From the NCBI GenBank assembly GCA_963770565.1, contig CAVYQE010000001.1, positions 672,001-736,000 of the forward strand: a stretch of DNA of 64,000 bases. Reading direction: 5' to 3'. Shown one piece after another: positions 1 to 14,987 of this stretch. A program made the position numbers and the translations under genes. The DNA comes from an uncultured Actinomycetota bacterium. GTDB lineage: Bacteria > Actinomycetota > Actinomycetes > JAFAQI01. Each line of letters starts with the position of its first letter. The first letter of the stretch is position 1. The notes beneath the pieces were generated by a model, which saw nothing but the letters and a program-made list of their open reading frames with translations, did not search any database and was not told the origin of the DNA.

Positions 1-1631
1 GTGCGGCGGTCGACGCCGGCGACGTGGTGGTCGCCGAGCAGGCCGGTGTCGTGGAGGAGGTCTCTGCCGACTACGTGACGGTGGCCAACGACGACGGCAC
101 TCAGCGGGTCTACCGGCTGGCGAAGTTCCACCGGTCCAACCAGGGCACGTCGTTCAACCAGAAGCCGATCGTCGACGAGGGCCAGCGGGTCGAGTCCGGC
201 CAGGTCATCGCCGACGGCCCGTGCACCCAGAACGGCGAGATGGCGCTCGGCAAGAACCTGCTGGTGGCGTTCATGTCATGGGAGGGCCACAACTACGAGG
301 ACGCGATCATCCTGTCCTCGAAGCTGGTGGAAGACGACGTACTGTCCTCGATCCACATCGAGGAGCACGAGGTCGACGCCCGCGACACCAAGCTCGGGCC
401 GGAGGAGATCACCCGCGACATCCCGAACGTCAGCGAGGAAGTTCTCGCCGACCTCGACGAGCGCGGCATCATCCGGATCGGTGCCGAGGTCGTGCCCGGA
501 GACGTCCTGGTCGGCAAGGTCACGCCCAAGGGCGAGACCGAGCTCACCCCGGAGGAGCGGCTGCTTCGCGCGATCTTCGGCGAGAAGGCCCGCGAGGTCC
601 GCGACACCTCGTTGAAGGTGCCGCACGGCGAGAGCGGCAAGGTCATCGGCGTCCGCGTGTTCAACCGCGAGGACGGCGACGAGCTGCCGCCGGGTGTCAA
701 CGAGCTGGTCCGGGTGTACGTCGCCCAGAAGCGGAAGATAACCGACGGCGACAAGCTCGCCGGCCGGCACGGCAACAAGGGTGTGATCTCCAAGGTGCTG
801 CCGGTCGAGGACATGCCGTTCCTCGAGGACGGCACCCCGGTCGACATCATCCTCAACCCGCTCGGTGTGCCAGGCCGGATGAACATCGGCCAGGTCCTCG
901 AGACCCACCTCGGGTGGGTGGCGAAGACCGGCTGGCAGATCGCCGGGACAAAGGAGCCGTGGCAGAAGCGGCTCGCCGAGATCGGCGCCGACTCCTCGGA
1001 GCCCGGCACCAACCTCGCGACGCCGGTCTTCGACGGCGCCCGCGAGGAGGAGATCTCCGGCCTGCTGGCATCGACCCTGGTCAACCGCGACGGCGACCGG
1101 ATGGTCGGCGCCGACGGGAAGGCGAAGCTGTTCGACGGTCGCAGCGGTGAGCCGATCCGGCAGCCGATCTCGGTCGGCTACATCTACATCCTGAAGCTGC
1201 TGCACCTCGTCGACGACAAGATCCACGCTCGCTCGACCGGTCCGTACTCCATGATCACCCAGCAGCCGCTGGGTGGTAAGGCGCAGTTCGGTGGCCAGCG
1301 CTTCGGTGAGATGGAGGTCTGGGCACTCGAGGCCTACGGCGCGGCATACGCGTTGCAGGAGCTCCTGACGATCAAGTCCGACGACGTCCTGGGCCGGGTG
1401 AAGGTCTACGAGGCGATCGTCAAGGGAGAGAACATCCCGGAGCCCGGGATCCCCGAGTCGTTCAAGGTCCTGATCAAGGAGATGCAGTCGCTGTGCCTCA
1501 ACGTCGAGGTGCTCTCCAGCGACGGCATGCAGATCGAGCTCCGCGAGACTGACGAAGACGTGTTCCGCGCCGCAGAAGAGCTCGGCATCGACCTGTCAAG
1601 GCGAGAGCCGAGCTCAGTGGAAGAGGTTTAA
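1..1631 (+). CDS. rpoB: RNA polymerase beta subunit (5'-truncated by window)
   Basis: [27 protein letters not shown] and GGQRFGEME motifs; frame open to window start. Confidence 0.99.
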   Translation, partial: AAVDAGDVVVAEQAGVVEEVSADYVTVANDDGTQRVYRLAKFHRSNQGTSFNQKPIVDEGQRVESGQVIADGPCTQNGEMALGKNLLVAFMSWEGHNYEDAIILSSKLVEDDVLSSIHIEEHEVDARDTKLGPEEITRDIPNVSEEVLADLDERGIIRIGAEVVPGDVLVGKVTPKGETELTPEERLLRAIFGEKAREVRDTSLKVPHGESGKVIGVRVFNREDGDELPPGVNELVRVYVAQKRKITDGDKLAGRHGNKGVISKVLPVEDMPFLEDGTPVDIILNPLGVPGRMNIGQVLETHLGWVAKTGWQIAGTKEPWQKRLAEIGADSSEPGTNLATPVFDGAREEEISGLLASTLVNRDGDRMVGADGKAKLFDGRSGEPIRQPISVGYIYILKLLHLVDDKIHARSTGPYSMITQQPLGGKAQFGGQRFGEMEVWALEAYGAAYALQELLTIKSDDVLGRVKVYEAIVKGENIPEPGIPESFKVLIKEMQSLCLNVEVLSSDGMQIELRETDEDVFRAAEELGIDLSRREPSSVEEV

Positions 1632-1652
1632 CTCCGGCAGTAACCACCCCTT

Positions 1653-1695
1653 GGGGCCCCCGCAGAGTTGTGAGCGAAGCGAGCAACTTCGGGGG
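1653..1695 (+). repeat. GNA-loop hairpin element, copy A
   Basis: ggggcccccgcagagttg-tgagcgaagcgag-caacttcggggg; homologous to six other copies in window. Confidence 0.8.
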
Positions 1696-1713
1696 AGAAA
1701 GAGAAGGAACACC

Positions 1714-5781
<4,068 letters not shown>

Positions 5782-5784
5782 CGC

Positions 5785-6555
5785 CCAGCCGGCGACCGGC
5801 GGCGTTCTCGGTCGCTTGCGGGCCCCAGCCCGCGGCGCTCCCTGCGGCCTTGCCGGTCATCCGGCTGGACGCGAGCGGTTCGCGACCCGGCGACCGGCGG
5901 CGTTCTCGGTCGCTTGCGGGCCCCAGCCCGCGGCGCTCCCTGCGGCCTTGCCGGTCATCCGGCTGGACGCCACGTCCCCCCGCTTGCGTGCCCCAGCCCG
6001 CGGCGCTCCCTGCGGCCTTGCCGGTCATCCGGCTGGACGCCAGCGGTTCGCGACCCGGCGACCGGCGGCGTTCTCGGTCGCTTGCGGGCCCCAGCCCGCG
6101 GCGCTCCCTGCGGCCTTGCCGGTCATCCGGCTGGACGCCAGCGGTTCGCGACCCGGCGACCGGCGGCGTTCTCGGTCGCTTGCGGGCCCCAGCCCGCGGC
6201 GCTCCCTGCGGCCTTGCCGGTCATCCGGCTGGACGCCAGCGGTTCGCGACCCGGCGACCGGCGGCGTTCTCGGTCGCTTGCGGGCCCCAGCCCGCGGCGC
6301 TCCCTGCGGCCTTGCCGGTCATCCGGCTGGACGCCAGCGGTTCGCGACCCGGCGACCGGCGGCGTTCTCGGTCGCTTGCGGGCCCCAGCCCGCGGCGCTC
6401 CCTGCGGCCTTGCTCGAAACGCTGAGAACGCGACTGGCGGCGTTCTCCCACGCTTGCGTGCCTTTGAGCATGCGGCGCTCCCTGCGGCCTTGCCACTCGC
6501 GCCCTCAGCGTTTCGAGTCGGGGTTTCGAACGCGGCCGCCGACCGGCGGCGTTGT
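5785..6555. repeat. Tandem array of a 98-bp structured repeat
   Basis: Units start at 5789, 5887, 6055, 6153, 6251, 6349 (98-bp period); truncated unit near 5971; variant unit 6413-6517. Confidence 0.95.
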
Positions 6556-6575
6556 TGGTCGGGCACACTGGGTGG

Positions 6576-7151
6576 GTGACTGACGGCGGCGGCACGGACC
6601 AGTCTGGGTCAGAGCCGGCCGCGAACCCCTACGCGGCCCCACCGCCGGGTTGGCAGCAGCCGTCGGCACCTCCGCCGTACGCGCCGCCGCCCAACTGGAC
6701 GCCGCCGCCACCGCCCTATGCTGCGCCGCCCGGCTGGACACCGCCACCACCTTCGCCACCGCCGCCGTATGGGGCTCCGCCGGGGTGGCAGCCACCGCCG
6801 TACGCGGGTGCACCGATGTACGGCACGGCGCCGGGGGGCTATCCGGCGCCGTACGGGTATCCCGCCCCGGGGTACTACCAGGCGCAGAGCACCAACGGCT
6901 TTGCGGTCGCGGGGTTGCTGTGCTCGATCCTGGTCGGATGGGTGCCCTTCCTGGGCGGCATCCTGGGGATCACCTTCGGCCTCATCGCGCTCCGGCAGTG
7001 CAAGCGCACCGGCCAACGAGGTCGAGGAATGGCGATCGCGGGCATCGTGATCGGCGCCGTGGGCATCGTGTTGTGGATCCTCTTGTTCGCCCTCGAGACC
7101 GTGACCGGTTCGAGCAGTTCGAGCCCGGGTTTCGGCACGGTCATTTTCTGA
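6576..7151 (+). CDS. Proline-rich DUF4190-type membrane protein
   Basis: Pro/Tyr-rich N-terminus, TNGFAVAGL...GLIALRQ...GRGMAIAGIVIG pattern; CACACT-N6-GTG leaderless start. Confidence 0.85.
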   Translation: MTDGGGTDQSGSEPAANPYAAPPPGWQQPSAPPPYAPPPNWTPPPPPYAAPPGWTPPPPSPPPPYGAPPGWQPPPYAGAPMYGTAPGGYPAPYGYPAPGYYQAQSTNGFAVAGLLCSILVGWVPFLGGILGITFGLIALRQCKRTGQRGRGMAIAGIVIGAVGIVLWILLFALETVTGSSSSSPGFGTVIF

Positions 7152-7710
7152 GCCTTGCGAGCTCGGCGTAGGCCGCGGTCAGGGCCGGCTGCTGGTAGTG
7201 GGCGTTGAGCCCGCTCGGATTCGGCAGCACCCAGACCGCCGCGCTCTCGATCGTCTCGGCCTGCGGGCCGATGCCGGCCTTGCCCCGGCCGAACGCGACC
7301 CGATAGGCCGAGATGCCGAGGAACGCGACGAATCGCGGCCGCCACCGCCGGACCAGCGCGCGCAGCGGCTCGATTCCGGCCCGAAGCTCGTCGTTCGTCA
7401 GCTCGTCGGCGCGGGCGGTGGCCCTGGCTACCAGGTTCGTGATCCCTAGCCCGGCCGCCTCGATCGCGGTGGTCTCGGTCGGGGCGAGCCGGTGGTCGGT
7501 GAAGCCGGCTTCGTGCAACGTGCGCCACAGCCGGTTGCCCGGCCGGGCGAAGTGCAGCCCGGCCCACCCCGACCACAGCGAGGGGTTGATCCCGACCAGC
7601 AGGATGTCGGTCTGCGGCCCGCCGAGATCCGGGATGGTTGCGCCGTACGCTGCTTGGAGTTGTTCCCGGCTCGGCCCCACCCGGTCGATCATGCCCGTTC
7701 GAGCACACAC
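7141..7710 (-). CDS. mug: G/U mismatch-specific DNA glycosylase
   Basis: GINPS, HFARPGNRLW and LPNPSGLN motifs; start may be the downstream ATG (MIDRV). Confidence 0.9.
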   Translation of the reverse strand: MCARTGMIDRVGPSREQLQAAYGATIPDLGGPQTDILLVGINPSLWSGWAGLHFARPGNRLWRTLHEAGFTDHRLAPTETTAIEAAGLGITNLVARATARADELTNDELRAGIEPLRALVRRWRPRFVAFLGISAYRVAFGRGKAGIGPQAETIESAAVWVLPNPSGLNAHYQQPALTAAYAELARLRK

Positions 7711-7819
7711 GGTGCCGCGCGGAGCGTGAAATCCGGACGTAGGGTGGTAAAACGGCGGTCGAATGGCAGCGATGTGTGCCGCAACGGGCCGGCCGGAGCT
7801 CGCCGCCGGAGGTAGTGGG

Positions 7820-8071
7820 TCAGTTTGAATGGCCGCAGTTGATGCAGCTTTCGTGAGCGGTCAGTACGCGGAACCCGTTTCGCCAGACCATGCCTTCAAC
7901 TCGGACCATCGAGCCTCGACAGCGCCGACATTGCGCGGAGGCCGGTATCCGATGAAACCGCTGCCCGCAGGCGGCGCATTGCAGGCGCACTCGGGTTGTG
8001 CCGTGAGGGCCGCGCTTGTCGGTTCCCTCACCGTTGATCTCAGTGCTGCCGCACGTCGGACACGCAACCAT
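7820..8071 (-). CDS. Small double zinc-ribbon protein (passenger)
   Basis: Four CxxC pairs (CPTC, CAAC, CRRC, CINC); TACGCT-N6-ATG; stop lies inside the left IR. Confidence 0.65.
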   Translation of the reverse strand: MVACPTCGSTEINGEGTDKRGPHGTTRVRLQCAACGQRFHRIPASAQCRRCRGSMVRVEGMVWRNGFRVLTAHESCINCGHSN

Positions 8072-8145
8072 CCTGAGAGCGTAGGGCGCATCGCACCATG
8101 AGATACGGCGTTACACACATACCCGTCGGGCTCATAGCCGACGGC

Positions 8146-8370
8146 TCAGATGCTCGGGCGGCACGCCGCGCAGAGGCGTGGTTCGGTCGCCTGCGAAGCC
8201 TTGTCGCGAGCCTCGCGGAATGTGACGAACGGGCCGTGCCACGTCCCGTTGTCCGACCGCGTTCCGCTGCGCACGCCCTGCCCCTCGTTGCAGTAGCCGC
8301 AGCGACCCTCGTGGACGGTGGCCCGGTGGCCGTGCGCCCGCCAGTTCTCGTAGACGTAGAAGTGCGCCAT
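8146..8370 (-). CDS. Small Cys/His hypothetical protein (passenger)
   Basis: MAHFYVYENWRAHGHRATVH..CGYC...CAAC; TACGCT-N6-ATG leaderless start. Confidence 0.75.
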   Translation of the reverse strand: MAHFYVYENWRAHGHRATVHEGRCGYCNEGQGVRSGTRSDNGTWHGPFVTFREARDKASQATEPRLCAACRPSI

Positions 8371-8725
8371 GCGCTCAGCGTAGGCATAGGTCGCTATGAG
8401 AAATAGCGTTACGCATATAGCCGGCGACATGTTGCATGGTTCGGCTGACGGCTGCGGAGTCTCGGATTAGCGTTTATTCACCCGTTCGGTAGAGCATCGG
8501 CTGCGGTTGCCACGCCGATGAATTACATGGATGGCATGCCGGAACTACAAGAGTAGGATTCACTTGTGAACAAGTGCACAAGGAGCCGTCCATGAGCGAT
8601 CCCGTCACTGTCACGACAGCGCAGGCTCCTGCATCGGCTGGCAAGGTCATCCAGCCCGACCCCAATGGGGCAATCTTCGGCCCGGGGCTACGGCCCCGGT
8701 CTTCTCGTTCCGGTATCCAAGTAGC

Positions 8726-9160
8726 GTGCACGTCGCCTTCATCCTGTGCGACGCAGCGCAGACGTCGCCAGACGGCAAGACTCACATCCTCGGGGCTGGA
8801 TGGCGCGACTGTGGTCCCATTGTCGCTGCCCATGCCGTGGTGGCCATTATCACGGTCACTGGACCCGAAATGGGCGAGCACAAGCTGCGCCTAGAACTTG
8901 TTGATGAAGATGGCCACCCTGTGGTCGTTCAGACGCCAGGTGGTCCGATGACCATTAAGGCCGAAGGAACGATGATGATCGGCGCGAAGGACACCTTCGA
9001 TATCGGACGAGAAGGCGATGTCGCCTTCGTGGCTCCGGTTGGACCTGGCTTGCCGTTGACGCCCGGTGGCACATACGTCTGGCAATTGTGGATTGACGAC
9101 GACACCCGTGAGGAGTGGAGACACCCCTTCTATGTCCGCCCACTGCCTCAGGGCACCTAA
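8726..9160 (+). CDS. DUF6941-like protein (passenger)
   Basis: FILCDAAQ..DGK.HILGAGW N-terminus, GTYVWQLWID C-terminus. Confidence 0.75.
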   Translation: MHVAFILCDAAQTSPDGKTHILGAGWRDCGPIVAAHAVVAIITVTGPEMGEHKLRLELVDEDGHPVVVQTPGGPMTIKAEGTMMIGAKDTFDIGREGDVAFVAPVGPGLPLTPGGTYVWQLWIDDDTREEWRHPFYVRPLPQGT

Positions 9161-10039
9161 CTACTCGGGCAACTTGTAGTCGAGCAGCCCGACGATGTCA
9201 GTGAGCGTCCACACACGGTTGGCTTTGCCTGCCGCCATCGCCGGAGTGGTCTTGCGGCCACCGTTCGCCTTCGTGAGCGTCTGGTGCGGACGAGCGAAGT
9301 TGTAGTAGACGAAGTGGAGCGAGACGGCGGCGGCGAGGTTCTCGACCTTCTTAGAGAACCCGTTGGTCAGGCGGGTGAAGCGGCGCATCGACATCCGCAT
9401 GGTCAGGTTCTGACGCTCGACGTAGGACGTGCTGACATGATCCGTCGGTCCGGGTGACCGTTGATGCGCTTGACCTCGGCACCGGTGCAGATCGCGGGTG
9501 AGTAGCGGCGTTCCGGTGTCGTCGGGGTTCGGTTGGTCGTACTGCTTGACGAGCATGCGCGTAGTCGATGTCGCCAGCGAATGCACCCCTCGACCGCTGA
9601 TGAGGTAGGAGCTAAGGCCGTCCGTGGTGAGCTGCATCCGGCCGGCGCACCCGGTAGGCCAGGTCGTCCATGAGCAACTGTCGCGTAAGCAGCGGATCGC
9701 GTCCGCAACGAGGTAGGACAGGACAAGCTTCGTGTCGGCGTCGATCGCGGTCCACGTCCACACGTCGCCGTAGCCGAACTCGTCCTTGTGTTCTTCGGGG
9801 ACGTTCTTCGGCCTTGGCGTAGAAGAACGACCAGATCTCGTCCACTGGACGCGCTTGCACGTCGAGGTCGATCAGCAGTTCGTGTCGCCGCGTAGGAGCA
9901 GGCGTCACCGAGATCGACCAGAAGCTTGCTGATCGTGTTCTTCGCCACGCCGGTCATGCGGACGGTGGCGCGGATCGAGATGCCTTCGACAAGACAGCCG
10001 ATGACTTGCGCCTCGCTTCTCGGTGCTGAGCTTGTTCAT
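9161..10039 (-). pseudogene. IS1-family DDE transposase, multiply frameshifted
   Basis: Fragments in different frames: MNKLSTEKR, TGVAKNTISKLL (HTH), DEIWSF, WTWTAIDADTKL, TTDG, STSYVERQNLTMR, YNFARPH..TPAMAAG. Confidence 0.9.
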
Positions 10040-10046
10040 ACTGACC

Positions 10047-10075
10047 ATTATGCTTGAGCGAATCATACTTGTCAA
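10047..10075 (-). promoter_or_regulatory. SigA-type promoter of transposase (leaderless)
   Basis: TTGACA-17 nt-CATAAT, then 7 nt to ATG at 10039. Confidence 0.8.
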
Positions 10076-10078
10076 TAC

Positions 10079-10109
10079 TCACTATGAGGTTTACTATCTA
10101 TCATAGTGA
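10079..10109. promoter_or_regulatory. Inverted repeat, candidate operator between tnp and fic
   Basis: tcactatga-N13-tcatagtga, perfect 9-bp arms. Confidence 0.55.
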
Positions 10110-10133
10110 AGCGTTGATAGGGAGATTACACAA

Positions 10134-11277
10134 GTGTTATTCACATACAACGAACTTGACGAGCGAGAACAAGCGGTTGTTCAGCAAGTCGAGGAAATGA
10201 AGCAGACCCTCAGGTGGCAGTTGCACGAACCGCGCCGATGGGTCGGTTCATTGCGCCGCCTCGCGTTCGCGCGAAATATCCAGGGTTCGAACAGCATCGA
10301 AGGCTTTGAAGCCGCCCTCGATGATGCGGCGGCGGTGGCGGCAGGCGAAGAACCCCTAGACGCCAGCGAAGAGACCAGCCTCGCACTTGCCGGTTATCGA
10401 GACGCGATGACCTACGTCTTGCAACTCGCGAACGAGCCCGACTTCGAGCACTCCGAGCAGCTGATCAAGAGCATGCACTTCATGATGACTAAGTACGCGC
10501 TGAAGAACCGGCCTGGCCGGTGGCGCGTCGGTCCGATCTATGTCCACAACGAGCGGACTAACCAGATCGTGCATGAAGGCGCGGACGTTGAACTTGTGCC
10601 CAAGTTGATGCACGAGCTCGTGTTGGATATGTCCAACGAGGACCCCGGAGTGCCAGTCATCGTGCGAGCGGCGATAGCTCACTTGAACCTCGCGATGATC
10701 CACCCGTTTCGAGACGGCAACGGAAGAATGGCTCGTTGCGTTCAGAGCCTGGTCCTAGCTCGTGAAGGCGTGCTGGCCCCCGTGTTCATGAGCATCGAGG
10801 AATACCTAGGCCGCAACACCGACGACTACTACGACGTGCTTGCGGAGGTTGGTGGCGGTTCGTGGCAGCCGGAGCGCGCGGCGAAGCCGTGGGTGCGCTT
10901 CATTTTGACAGCGCATCTACGGCAGGCTCGAACACTGCAGATGCGGGTACACGAATCCGAGCAGCTGTGGGAGCAACTGGAGCGGATCGTCACAGCGAAC
11001 GGACTGCAGTATCGGACAATCGCCGCTTTGTTCGACGCCGCTGTCGGGCTGAGAGTCCGCCGGTCGACATACCTGAAGTACTTCGATGAGGACTCCATAC
11101 ATTTCCGAACAGACGGCCAGCCGCGACCTCAAACAAATGGTCGACGCGGGATTGCTGATCGCTAGAGGTGAGAAGCGTGGTCGCTATTACGCGGCCAGTG
11201 CGGCCCTGCGGGCGGTCTTCATGGACATCGTCGAAACACGGAAGGCTCGGGACGAGTCAGATCCCTTCGCCGCGTGA
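10134..11277 (+). CDS. Fic-family protein with C-terminal winged helix (frameshift near 11100)
   Basis: HPFRDGNGRMAR Fic motif; SNSIEG inhibitory-type motif; wHTH-like tail ISEQTASRDLKQMVDAGLL..GEKRGRYY in another frame (11086-11277). Confidence 0.9.
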
Positions 11278-11508
11278 GCGACCCCACCTAGCCGATGCCG
11301 CCTTCTTCGCGATCTCGCTGCGCTGCTCAGCGGTGAGCTTCGCCGCCCTGGCCTTCCCGCCTTTCAGCCCGCCACGACGGCCCAGCGACACGGCGGCGGG
11401 GTCTTTGCCGGCGTCCTTGTCCTCGCGTGAGTCGGGCTCGGTTGCGGACTGTACGATCGCGGCGGCGAGCTGGTTGATGTCGCGGGGTTTGCGTGAGCGG
11501 TCAGGCAT
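11257..11508 (-). CDS. Small basic histone-H1-like protein
   Basis: PRDINQLA...DPAAVSLGRRGGLKGGKARAAKLTAEQRSEIAKKAASARW; TTGACG-17-GACCGT-N6-ATG. Confidence 0.85.
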   Translation of the reverse strand: MPDRSRKPRDINQLAAAIVQSATEPDSREDKDAGKDPAAVSLGRRGGLKGGKARAAKLTAEQRSEIAKKAASARWGRSRGEGI

Positions 11509-11588
11509 AGCCCCACGGTCGCACGCCTGTCGGCGAGCGTCAAAGAAAGTCCGATTCAAACTGACCCACTACCCCGCCGGATCGCTCT

Positions 11589-11618
11589 TTGACCGGGTGG
11601 TTTGCGCTCGGCTAGTGT
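11589..11618 (+). promoter_or_regulatory. Putative str operon promoter
   Basis: TTGACC-18 nt-TAGTGT, about 300 nt upstream of rpsL. Confidence 0.6.
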
Positions 11619-11915
11619 GGCCGTCGGTGCCTGGGGGATCTCCAGGTGCTGTGTCGTGCGCAAGACCCCGACACCTCCGTGACCAGCACGGTGCCCAGCG
11701 CCCGGAAGTTCAGCGCTGAGCAGCCGACCGGGCCGGGTGTCGGAACTTCCGAGCAGACCATCGGCGCTGTTAGGCGCGGGCGGAGCGCGGAGTGCGCGAC
11801 ACACCCGACCGCGTGGGTCGGGTATAACACCGCAAAACAGATCAAAAGCACCACCCGCCACCAGGCGGATCCACCGCAACGAACAAGCGTCACCCGAGCA
11901 TGAGGAGTACGGCGA

Positions 11916-12287
11916 GTGCCTACGATCTCTCAGCTGGTTCGCAAGGGCCGGCAGGACAAGATCGCCAAGACCAAGACGCCGGCGCTGAAGGGCAGCCCGC
12001 AGCGTCGTGGCGTCTGCACGCGCGTCTATACGACGACGCCGAAGAAGCCGAACTCCGCCCTGCGCAAGGTCGCCCGCGTCCGCCTGACGACGGGCGTCGA
12101 GGTCACGGCCTACATCCCCGGCGTCGGCCACAACCTCCAGGAGCACTCGATCGTGCTCGTGCGCGGTGGCCGGGTGAAGGACCTGCCGGGTGTCCGCTAC
12201 AAGATCATCCGCGGCTCGCTCGACACGCAAGGCGTGCGGGGCCGCAAGCAGGCCCGCAGCCGCTACGGCGCGAAGAGGGAGAAGTAA
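11916..12287 (+). CDS. rpsL: 30S ribosomal protein S12
   Basis: [20 protein letters not shown]. Confidence 0.99.
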   Translation: MPTISQLVRKGRQDKIAKTKTPALKGSPQRRGVCTRVYTTTPKKPNSALRKVARVRLTTGVEVTAYIPGVGHNLQEHSIVLVRGGRVKDLPGVRYKIIRGSLDTQGVRGRKQARSRYGAKREK

Positions 12288-12290
12288 GCG

Positions 12291-12761
12291 ATGCCGCGTA
12301 AAGGTCCCGCGGCCAAGCACCCGGTCATCGTCGACCCGGTGTACGGCTCGCCGATCGTCACCTCGCTGGTCAACAAGATCCTGACCGGCGGCAAGCGCTC
12401 GCTCGCCCAGCGCATCGTCTACGACGCGCTCGAGGGTTGCCGCGAGAAGACCGGTGCCGATCCGGTCGTGACGCTCAAGCGCGCGCTCGACAACGTCAAG
12501 CCGGCCCTCGAGGTCAAGAGCCGCCGGGTGGGTGGCGCGACCTACCAGGTCCCGGTCGAGGTCAAGCCAGGCCGCAGCACCACGCTCGCGCTGCGCTGGC
12601 TGGTCATGTACTCCCGGCAGCGCCGAGAGAAGACGATGACCGAGCGCCTCACCAACGAGCTGCTCGACGCCAGCAACGGCCTCGGTGCCGCTGTGAAGCG
12701 CCGCGAAGACACCCACAAGATGGCCGAGTCCAACAAGGCCTTCGCCCACTACCGCTGGTAA
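12291..12761 (+). CDS. rpsG: 30S ribosomal protein S7
   Basis: [25 protein letters not shown]. Confidence 0.99.
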   Translation: MPRKGPAAKHPVIVDPVYGSPIVTSLVNKILTGGKRSLAQRIVYDALEGCREKTGADPVVTLKRALDNVKPALEVKSRRVGGATYQVPVEVKPGRSTTLALRWLVMYSRQRREKTMTERLTNELLDASNGLGAAVKRREDTHKMAESNKAFAHYRW

Positions 12762-12807
12762 GCGGACCGAGCACTCATTCACCAACGACGCTGAGGACAG
12801 AACAGAA

Positions 12808-14916
<2,109 letters not shown>

Positions 14917-14987
14917 CACCCCACAAGCTTCCAGAGCGTCACTGACCGGCGCACTGGTGGAGATCGAACAGTCCAGGGAGGACAGCA

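Larger units (their letters stand above)
7811..11573. mobile_element. IS1-family transposon with passenger genes (transporter IS)
   Basis: Perfect 20-bp IRs ggtagtgggtcagtttgaat (7811-7830) / attcaaactgacccactacc (11554-11573); 8-bp direct repeat ccgccgga at 7803-7810 and 11574-11581; internal DDE transposase; visibly lower GC. Confidence 0.95.

Noticed and set aside
1651-1713. N-terminal extension of RpoC in the ORF track
   Set aside because: Runs through a hairpin repeat; SD and conserved MLDVNFFD place the start at 1714
5785-6555. CRISPR array (also considered for 40843-41392)
   Set aside because: Units are near-identical over their whole length, with no unique spacers and no cas genes in the window
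5816-6583. ORFs across the repeat arrays (also 40969-41446)
   Set aside because: Translations simply cycle through the frames of a 97-98-bp repeat; no SD or coding signature
7695-7715. LexA SOS box upstream of mug
   Set aside because: tcgagcacacacggtg matches only one half of TCGAAC-N4-GTTCGA
8098-8426. Integron attC sites
   Set aside because: GTTACAC/GTTACGC do not fit GTTRRRY, no paired RYYYAAC box or long palindrome, no integrase
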